From the IMG/VR virus record IMGVR_UViG_3300029821_000006, positions 1 through 52,738 of that record: DNA of 52,738 bases, one strand, 5' to 3'. The stretch is from a virus. The notes beneath the pieces were generated by a model. That model saw nothing but the letters and a program-made list of their open reading frames with translations, ran no database searches and was not told the origin of the DNA. This document shows, one piece after another, positions 19,137 to 25,524 of the stretch. The stretch's first letter is position 1. Each line of letters starts with the position of its first letter. Made by a program: the position numbers and the translations under genes.

Positions 19137-20651
19137 ATGCTGCAAATCGAAGGAATTGACGTTTCCCAGCACCAAGGCGATATCCAATGGCCACGCGTAA
19201 AGAATACAAATAAGAAGTTTTCAGGCGTCCGGATTGGATGGGGTGAAGCCAGGAATGCATCGGGCGGGGAGCTTGATGCAAAAGCCCTGGTAAATTTGGA
19301 TGGTTGCATTGCTAATGGTATCTCACCGCTGCCTTTTATATACTCATATGCTCAAACCGCAGATGAAGCAAGGATGGAAGCAAATTTTATTAAAACCATC
19401 TTATCCCGATATCCGCGTTCTACCTTTGCCTATCCAATCGCATTTGATATTGAGGATCAGCAGTATCAGGGAAACATCGATATTAATCCAATCATTGATG
19501 CATTTTGCACAGAAATCCATAATTCCGGGTATAAAGTCATTACTTATACTTCATTAGATTGGTATCAGAATAGAGTTAATGACACAAACAAAGGGAAATG
19601 GTTCACGTGGTTGGCTCAATGGGATGTCGATAAGCCAGAATTTTTACCAAGTATTTGGCAGTATTCAGACAAAGGATCCGTTGACGGGATTAGCGGGAAT
19701 GTTGATTTAGATATCTGCTATCAGGATTATGTCAATATCGATAACCCGTTTCCAACAAAAGCGGTTGAAGTGGTCGTTACTCAGCCATCAAATCCGTCAC
19801 AGGAAATCATTGCGCCAGTGGATCCATTAAGTGTCCAGGTGTTTTCTATTGTTGAAGAGCAAAGAGTTTTAAGACTTTTAAATTATGGAGACATTGAAGC
19901 GGATGGCCAGGCCGGTGATTTGACAAGATCCGCCAGAAATAATGCAAGAAGAGGTTATGGACTAGCTGAAAATGGAGAAGCAGGAATAGAACTGGAACGA
20001 TGTTTAAGAGGACAGCTCATGTCAGTGCAGGCCAGGCTAAATGAATTAGGTTATGTATGTGATATTGATGGTCGCCTTGGAGATGTCGGTACTCAAACAA
20101 CGGATCGAGTATTAAGCTTCCAAAAGGACAGAAGTCTGACAATTGATGGCATTATCGGAACAAACACATTTACGGCGTTGTTCGCGATCACGAATGCACC
20201 GGTCGCAGTAACGGCACCAGTAGTTACTTTACCTGAAGGAATGGCTTCAAAAAATTTTAGTTGGTACGAGTTGGCTTGTGGATGCATTAAGGGAGATCCG
20301 ACAAGCGGTTGCAACGGATATCCCGAAACAAATTATGGACAGATCATAGCGCAGCAGCTAATTGATAAACTGCAGCAGCTCCGGGACTATGTCGGGGCAA
20401 TTGTCATAACATGCGGTATCCGTTGCCCGGAGAACAATGCATTCTGGGGTGGCGTCTGGGATTCACTCCACATGCTGGGGGAAGCCGTAGACTGTTATTG
20501 CCCAGGAATGGATATCATCGAATTTGCGAGGATCGCTTGGCAGGTATTTGGCATTGCGGTTAGAGTATACCCATCACAGGAGTTTGCTCATTTGGAGTTA
20601 TCAGGTCTTGGGGGAGTGTATAACCAGGAAACAGGGAAGTTTATATACTGA
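19137..20651 (+). CDS. Endolysin: GH25 muramidase + PG_binding_1 repeat(s) + M15A (Peptidase_M15_3) peptidase
   Basis: IEGIDVSQHQGDIQW (GH25); LNELGYVCDIDGRLG...IDGIIGTNTFTAL (PG binding); ITCGIRCPENN...SLHMLGEAVD...FAHLE (M15 zinc ligands H/D/H). Confidence 0.9.
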   Translation: MLQIEGIDVSQHQGDIQWPRVKNTNKKFSGVRIGWGEARNASGGELDAKALVNLDGCIANGISPLPFIYSYAQTADEARMEANFIKTILSRYPRSTFAYPIAFDIEDQQYQGNIDINPIIDAFCTEIHNSGYKVITYTSLDWYQNRVNDTNKGKWFTWLAQWDVDKPEFLPSIWQYSDKGSVDGISGNVDLDICYQDYVNIDNPFPTKAVEVVVTQPSNPSQEIIAPVDPLSVQVFSIVEEQRVLRLLNYGDIEADGQAGDLTRSARNNARRGYGLAENGEAGIELERCLRGQLMSVQARLNELGYVCDIDGRLGDVGTQTTDRVLSFQKDRSLTIDGIIGTNTFTALFAITNAPVAVTAPVVTLPEGMASKNFSWYELACGCIKGDPTSGCNGYPETNYGQIIAQQLIDKLQQLRDYVGAIVITCGIRCPENNAFWGGVWDSLHMLGEAVDCYCPGMDIIEFARIAWQVFGIAVRVYPSQEFAHLELSGLGGVYNQETGKFIY

Positions 20652-20655
20652 AATT

Positions 20656-20681
20656 GGCCACCTCCGGGTGGTCTTTTTTTT
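20656..20681 (+). terminator. Rho-independent terminator ending the late operon
   Basis: GGCCACC-tccg-GGTGGTC followed by T8. Confidence 0.8.
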
Positions 20682-20701
20682 ATGCCTTTTTTCATTATCG
20701 A

Positions 20702-20730
20702 TTGTGATATTCTGGCAATTATGTTAGAAT
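20702..20730 (+). promoter_or_regulatory. Sigma-A-type promoter for the tyrosine recombinase gene
   Basis: TTGTGA, 17 nt, then TAGAAT with a TG extension. A ~110-nt leader with two hairpins follows (GCAAAGG/CCTTTGC at 20746-20767 and AAGTAGGG/CCTTACTT). Confidence 0.5.
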
Positions 20731-20843
20731 ATATGGGCAAGATAGCAAAGGCTTAATTACCCTTTGCGACAAGTAGGGCTTCCGAACCTTACTTCTTGCA
20801 GTAACATTAATTCGGAGAAAATACTATCGGAGGTGTTATTTTT

Positions 20844-21851
20844 ATGCACGAAAACGAAATTACTATCAAGATTATTGCAGAGGTCACAGACCGGTTCCCA
20901 GAGGTGGATGGAAATGTTTTAAGGGATATTATCGAAAGAGAGCTATACCAGTACGAGATCCAGCCAAAGTCCACGGCCCTGGTGGTTCAGTCGGACATGA
21001 ATGAAATGATTATGCTGTACCTGGCCACAAAGAAGCTGGACGGCCTGAGCGACAAGACCCTTAAAAATTATGCTCTGCATTTAAGACGATTCTCAAATTA
21101 TTTTCAAAAGAACGTGGCTGACATTACGGCCATGGATATCCGGATGTTTCTGGCGGATCTGATTAAGTATAAAAATCTGAAAAACTCGACATTGGAAAAT
21201 GAGAAATCAATTCTCAAGAGCTTCTTTGTTTGGTTGGAAAATGAGGATTATATCGTCAAGAGTCCTACCCGAAAGATCAAGTCGACAAAGGTGGAGAAGC
21301 GGGTTAGGAAATCATTGTCTGCTGAGGAACTGGAATTGATGCGGGATGCCTGCAGCACAAACCGGCAACGGGCGTTACTGGAATTTACCTTCAGTACCGG
21401 TGGCCGGCTGTCAGAAATCACCCAAGTCAATATCCAGGACATCAACTGGCATGAGAGATCAGTGAATATCATCGGAAAAGGGAATAAAGAAAGAACGATC
21501 TTCTTTTCTCCAAAAGCCAAGATTTATTTGCAGAAATATTTCAATGAGCGGAAAACATTCCCGATCGTGGACGATGCGCTGTTCGTATCCCAGAAAAAGC
21601 CGTATGGACGGTTAGGGAATCGAGCTGTAGAAAAAGAGATTGGGAAGATTGCTGTACAGGCCGGATTCGATAAGGTTGTATTTCCGCATTTACTCAGACA
21701 CACATTCGCCACCCTGGGTCATAAGGCGGGAATGCCGCTCAACGTGCTGCAGGAACTGATGGGACATTCAAACCCCGGGACGACTCAGATATATGCGGCA
21801 CTGGATAACGAGAGTGTGAAAGCAGAGTACCGGAAACGGATAATTCAATAA
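20844..21851 (+). CDS. Tyrosine recombinase, XerC/XerD-like
   Basis: Catalytic set visible: TGGRLSE (R), GKGNKER (K), HLLRHTFAT (HxxR), GHSNPGTTQIY (H..Y). Confidence 0.9.
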   Translation: MHENEITIKIIAEVTDRFPEVDGNVLRDIIERELYQYEIQPKSTALVVQSDMNEMIMLYLATKKLDGLSDKTLKNYALHLRRFSNYFQKNVADITAMDIRMFLADLIKYKNLKNSTLENEKSILKSFFVWLENEDYIVKSPTRKIKSTKVEKRVRKSLSAEELELMRDACSTNRQRALLEFTFSTGGRLSEITQVNIQDINWHERSVNIIGKGNKERTIFFSPKAKIYLQKYFNERKTFPIVDDALFVSQKKPYGRLGNRAVEKEIGKIAVQAGFDKVVFPHLLRHTFATLGHKAGMPLNVLQELMGHSNPGTTQIYAALDNESVKAEYRKRIIQ

Positions 21852-21908
21852 AAAAAGAGGGCCATCTCTTGATTGGGCGGTGGCCTTTATTATTTTATCT
21901 GTATTAAT

Positions 21909-21965
21909 GGCAATATATTGTCTTTTGTAAACAATATATTACCTTTTTATAACATAATATTACCT
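21909..21965. repeat. 13-9-13 palindrome GGCAATATATTGT/ACAATATATTACC plus a third half-site AACATAATATTACC
   Basis: Read directly. It overlaps a possible promoter (TTGTAA, 17 nt, TATAAC). The third box resembles the XerD arm of dif in reverse complement (TTATGTTAT). Confidence 0.6.
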
Positions 21966-22102
21966 ATCGCATGTAGTATAATTAAAGAGAATTAAAGCAA
22001 ATGCACTCAATCAGGGGGAATGACAATGTCAACTCCTCTGTTTTGTTTCTGACATTATCTCACAATGTTGGTTCATTTGATAATGCGATAGGGGGCTTTA
22101 AA

Positions 22103-22624
22103 ATGAGAAAATCATCAATAGACATAAATGGGCTAAAACTCGACGAATTTAAAAAAATTGAATTAGGAATCAGTAAAATAACTCGATATTTTTTATGCAA
22201 ACAATCAATGTCTCAAAAGAAATTGCAAAAACTTGCTTATTATTCTGTTGCTTGGCATTATGCGCTTTTTGATAAACCGTTTGCTGGAGTTGATTTACCT
22301 TTTGAAGCGTGGGTGCACGGTCCGGTATCAAGAAATTTATACAGCAAATACAAAGGTTTTAAATTTAATAATATACCTAAGATAAAAACAGAACCTGATT
22401 TCAGTAAATATAAAAATGATGAGCTTGAGATATTGGATTTTGTTTGGGAAAATTATGGAGAATTTACAGCAAATCAACTTGAAACTTTAACGCATACCGA
22501 AGACCCTTGGCAGAAGAAAAGAAGGGGTTATGGGGAGCTGGAATCATCGTCTGAAGTAATAGGGGTTGAGGATATGAAAAAATATTATAGGAAATTCATT
22601 AAGAACGATGGCGAAATCAACTGA
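22103..22624 (+). CDS. Panacea-domain (DUF4065, SocA/GepA-like) antitoxin-like protein
   Basis: KLQKLAYYSVAWHYALFDKPF...FEAWVHGPVSRNLYSKY. ATG 22103 follows GGGGG. The track start 22001 has no RBS. Confidence 0.75.
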   Translation: MRKSSIDINGLKLDEFKKIELGISKITRYFLCKQSMSQKKLQKLAYYSVAWHYALFDKPFAGVDLPFEAWVHGPVSRNLYSKYKGFKFNNIPKIKTEPDFSKYKNDELEILDFVWENYGEFTANQLETLTHTEDPWQKKRRGYGELESSSEVIGVEDMKKYYRKFIKNDGEIN

Positions 22625-22952
22625 CTCGATCAATATTACAGCGGCAACAGAATTTATTGACGAAATATCGTTTAGTTTAAAACACTTAAATTTTGGGAAT
22701 TGGGGCCTCGATAAACTTAAAAGTCATAGAAATGAGAAAGACTTTAATAACTTTTTAAGAAGATATTCCGGAAAGTCTGTGAAATATTTTCAAAGCACGG
22801 TTCAACCATGCAAAGACGACAAGCAGGATACTTTTGAAGGGCAGCATGTCCACCATTACAAAATCAATGAGAAGTTTAGAATACATGGGTTTTTCCTTGG
22901 CAATAGATTTAAAATAATTCGCATTGATCCTAACCATGAGTTTCATAAATAA
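22608..22952 (+). CDS. Unclassified 114-aa basic/His-rich protein, putative toxin partner
   Basis: 17-nt overlap with the upstream gene. C-terminus HVHHYKINEKFRIHGFFLGNRFKIIRIDPNHEFHK. No family recognised. Confidence 0.65.
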   Translation: MAKSTDSINITAATEFIDEISFSLKHLNFGNWGLDKLKSHRNEKDFNNFLRRYSGKSVKYFQSTVQPCKDDKQDTFEGQHVHHYKINEKFRIHGFFLGNRFKIIRIDPNHEFHK

Positions 22953-22957
22953 TATGA

Positions 22958-22986
22958 ACCAGCCAAACCGGGCTGGTCTTTTTTTA
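22958..22986 (+). terminator. Rho-independent terminator
   Basis: ACCAGCC-aaaccg-GGCTGGT followed by a T-run. Confidence 0.8.
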
Positions 22987-23000
22987 TTCATAATTTTACA

Positions 23001-23029
23001 TTGACCTCAACCAAGAACGGGTGTACCAT
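23001..23029 (+). promoter_or_regulatory. Candidate promoter overlapped by inverted repeat AGAACG(N17)CGTTCT
   Basis: TTGACC, 17 nt, TACCAT. The inverted repeat spans the -10 region. Confidence 0.4.
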
Positions 23030-23056
23030 AAAACAAACGTTCTCTGAGGTGGTAAA

Positions 23057-23305
23057 ATGAAAGTATTAAAAAAATTTGTCTCAGTTGTGGCAAAATTTGA
23101 TGAAGACGGCATAACCCCGTTGCGTGTTATCTGGCCAGATGGCCGGAGTTTTGAAATTGATCGAGTTATTGACGTCCGACCCGGCGCATCAATACCGGCT
23201 GGTGGGCTCGGGATAAAGTATACTTGTAAGATCGCAGGCAGGGAACGGCTGTTATTTTATGAAGAACCAAGGTGGTTTGTGGAAGCGAAAAGCCCAGGTG
23301 TTTAG
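23057..23305 (+). CDS. Conserved small hypothetical protein (82 aa)
   Basis: GAGGTGG RBS; ...PLRVIWPDGRSFEIDRVIDVRPGAS...KYTCKIAGRERLLFYEEPRWFVE. Confidence 0.65.
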   Translation: MKVLKKFVSVVAKFDEDGITPLRVIWPDGRSFEIDRVIDVRPGASIPAGGLGIKYTCKIAGRERLLFYEEPRWFVEAKSPGV

Positions 23306-23317
23306 CCTGGGCTTTTT
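23288..23317. terminator. Bidirectional terminator shared by convergent genes
   Basis: AAAGCCCAGG-tgtttag-CCTGGGCTTT, with A/T runs on both sides. Confidence 0.75.
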
Positions 23318-23325
23318 AAGTAGTT

Positions 23326-23484
23326 TTAGATATCTTGATAGGCTTTTAAATATTCCATAATCCGACATAGATCATCAACCCGGCTAGAATCCTGTTCAGA
23401 CAACCATAATACAGTTCCAACTTCCGAGGGGCTTAATTCCATCGACCCAATAACTGCAGTTATTTTTGATAGGTTTTCTTCCAT
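23326..23484 (-). CDS. Small helical hypothetical protein (52 aa)
   Basis: AAGGAG 7 nt upstream of ATG on the minus strand; MEENLSKITAVIGSMELSPSEVGTVLWLSEQDSSRVDDLCRIMEYLKAYQDI. Confidence 0.45.
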   Translation of the reverse strand: MEENLSKITAVIGSMELSPSEVGTVLWLSEQDSSRVDDLCRIMEYLKAYQDI

Positions 23485-23588
23485 AATATACTCCTTTAAA
23501 TCATTTATAAAACATTTTATCTTATGCTGTTTAGGTAATTAAAGCACTTTTTTAGGCGATAATCAATCTATTTGAATAATATTTACTG

Positions 23589-23618
23589 TTGAATTTTATT
23601 CATCAATAGGCGTATAAT
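23589..23618 (+). promoter_or_regulatory. Sigma-A-type promoter for the LRR-ChW gene
   Basis: TTGAAT, 18 nt, TATAAT. Confidence 0.6.
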
Positions 23619-23656
23619 CGTTATCATAAGATATAAATGTGAAGGAGGATGAAATT

Positions 23657-24997
23657 GTGAGGGAAAGTATTCGAAAATGTTTTTATATGTTGGCGGTATT
23701 GTCTATACTGTTTGGGATAGCATCGCCTGGTGTTATGGCCTATCATACCGATAATAATTTTACATATGAAATTGTTGGTGGCGGTGTTTCTGTTACTGAA
23801 TACTCTGGCTACAGTAAAGATGTAGTGATCCCAGATATATTGGGCGGGAGAAAAGTTATAGCTATTGGCGATTCAGCGTTTTCATATCGCGATGATTTAA
23901 CAAGCATTGTGATGCCTGACAGTATAGTTTCTATTGGCGAGGAAGCTTTTTTAAAGTGTCGCAGATTAACAGAATTAAAAATACCTGAAGGAGTAACATT
24001 TATTGATGAATGTGCGTTTGATCATTGCGACAAATTGACCAGCATTACACTTCCGGAAGGTATAACGTCTATTAGTTCTTATACATTTACGCAGTGTAGC
24101 GGGCTAACTAGCATCACAATCCCCAATGGCGTTACTTCCATTGAGTGGGCCGCTTTTTCATACTGCACGGGGCTGAATAGTATAATAATCCCGGAGAGCG
24201 TTACTTCTATTAGCGGTCTTGTATTTAAGGAACACAATGAAAGTTTTGTTATTTATGGTCTTGACGGCTCTTATGCAGAAACTTATGCAAATGAACAAGG
24301 TATACAGTTTTCGGTTATTAAAGATGACCAAATAGCCAAAGCAGTGCATGATCAAATCAATATACTACCGGCTGTGGGTAGCATAAAATTGACCGATAAA
24401 GTGGCTGTAACCGAAGCGCGAACAGCCTATAATAAATTAACGGCCGTGCAAAAAACTTTAGTTAATAACCTAGATATATTGAAAGAATTGGAAAAAAGAA
24501 TTGCTGATCTGGAAGCAGGTGAAAATACTCAAGGACCAATCATTTCCTATCAGACCCACGTTCAAAATATTGGCTGGCAAGAAGATGTCCTACAGGGGGG
24601 AATGTCTGGAACAGAAGGCATGGGATATAGACTTGAAAGTATCCGCATCAGTTTTGAAGATGATGCTAATTTCGATTTAGGCGTGTCTTATTCCACCCAC
24701 GTAGAGAACATCGGATGGCAATCAGAAGTTGCGAACGGCCGAACAGCGGGTACGACCGATCAGGGGTTAAGACTGGAAGCAATTAAAATCAGGCTGACTG
24801 GGGCTGATTCTGATAAATTCGACATCTACTATCAAGTCCATGCGCAAAATTTCGGGTGGCTGGATTGGGCCAAGAATGGAGATAACGCCGGAACTGCAGG
24901 CTTTGGTTTTCGATTGGAAGCAATCAGAATCTCGATTGTACCAAAAGGAGATCCGGCGCCAGGTGCAACATCGAGACCTTTTGTTCAAATGCAATAA
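23657..24997 (+). CDS. Secreted cell-surface protein: signal peptide + BspA-type leucine-rich repeats + three ChW repeats
   Basis: GTG 23657 lies 8 nt after GGAGG. Signal peptide CFYMLAVLSILFGIASPGVMA. LRR units ...LTSITIPNGVTSI... C-terminal ChW units YQTHVQNIGWQ / YSTHVENIGWQ / YQVHAQNFGWLDW. Confidence 0.8.
   Translation: MRESIRKCFYMLAVLSILFGIASPGVMAYHTDNNFTYEIVGGGVSVTEYSGYSKDVVIPDILGGRKVIAIGDSAFSYRDDLTSIVMPDSIVSIGEEAFLKCRRLTELKIPEGVTFIDECAFDHCDKLTSITLPEGITSISSYTFTQCSGLTSITIPNGVTSIEWAAFSYCTGLNSIIIPESVTSISGLVFKEHNESFVIYGLDGSYAETYANEQGIQFSVIKDDQIAKAVHDQINILPAVGSIKLTDKVAVTEARTAYNKLTAVQKTLVNNLDILKELEKRIADLEAGENTQGPIISYQTHVQNIGWQEDVLQGGMSGTEGMGYRLESIRISFEDDANFDLGVSYSTHVENIGWQSEVANGRTAGTTDQGLRLEAIKIRLTGADSDKFDIYYQVHAQNFGWLDWAKNGDNAGTAGFGFRLEAIRISIVPKGDPAPGATSRPFVQMQ
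24541..24940 (+). repeat. ChW triplet of the accessory surface protein
   Basis: The middle unit is near-identical at protein level, and in part at DNA level (acccacgtagagaaYatcggatggcaa), to Tal unit 5 at about 11990-12130. Confidence 0.8.
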
Positions 24998-25039
24998 AAA
25001 TTACAGGTGTTTAGCCTATGTTGATTACTTCAAAACAAA

Positions 25040-25077
25040 TTAACCAGTCCCGTGGTTTTACGCTCGGGGCTGGTTAA
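25040..25077. other. Imperfect 12-nt inverted repeat (TTAACCAGTCCC / GGGGCTGGTTAA, 14-nt spacer): attP candidate or T-less terminator
   Basis: Read directly. 11 of 12 positions are complementary. No T-run follows. Confidence 0.35.
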
Positions 25078-25214
25078 TAATTGACTGATTCATTAACGAA
25101 AATACGCCATATAAGCACAGGTTTTCGATAAAGCGCCCATATTTGCGTTTTAACCAGTTTTAGCTCGCACAGGTAATAAGTGACCTGTAAAAACCATATA
25201 TTAAGTCATTTTCG

Positions 25215-25243
25215 TTGGTTATTTGGTGGTTTTATGGTATAAT
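25215..25243 (+). promoter_or_regulatory. Orphan promoter-like element with no downstream ORF
   Basis: TTGGTT, 17 nt, TGgTATAAT (extended -10). Confidence 0.35.
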
Positions 25244-25340
25244 TCAATTAATCGTTCCAACTAGGCCGCTGGTTCATGCATAAATGAGGTTGGCCATAAT
25301 ATTGGGGGTCGCATTTCAATGACGTGGCCCTATTTTTGCG

Positions 25341-25369
25341 AAAAGAAAAGGCTCGGGGAAACCCGAGCC
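25341..25369 (-). terminator. Terminator of the immA-int operon
   Basis: GGCTCGGG-gaaa-CCCGAGCC, with a T-run on the minus strand. Confidence 0.75.
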
Positions 25370-25524
25370 ATAATTATTGAAACAGTTAACTGTCTATGAT
25401 TTATTTTTAGAAGGGATTATCCATCGCCGTTATACCATGTAAACATAAAATGCAAAGTCATGTGTTTTATGCGATACCACTGGGATTCGTGCGCTAAAAT
25501 TAAAATTTCGAAAAATCAGCAATT

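Noticed and set aside
20716-21966. Inverted ATTATGTTA 9-mers flanking the tyrosine recombinase gene (possible invertible segment)
   Set aside because: The left copy is part of the gene's own promoter (TGtTAGAAT -10 region). A 9-mer match in AT-rich DNA is expected by chance, and no longer flanking inverted repeats exist.
22001-22102. N-terminal extension of the Panacea-domain ORF (track start 22001)
   Set aside because: There is no RBS and the translation is low-complexity. The internal ATG 22103 follows a G-rich RBS.
21852-23656. cwpV/RecV-style invertible promoter switch controlling the surface-protein gene
   Set aside because: I searched both promoter regions for inverted repeats bracketing a promoter. 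Only local palindromes were found (13-9-13 at 21909-21943, ATAACTGCAGTTAT at 23451-23464), and none brackets a promoter.
25281-25320. 12-codon hydrophobic mini-ORF (MRLAIILGVAFQ) downstream of the orphan promoter, considered as a type I toxin
   Set aside because: It is too short, has no RBS and no antisense partner is recognisable. It is kept only as part of the attP-region observation.
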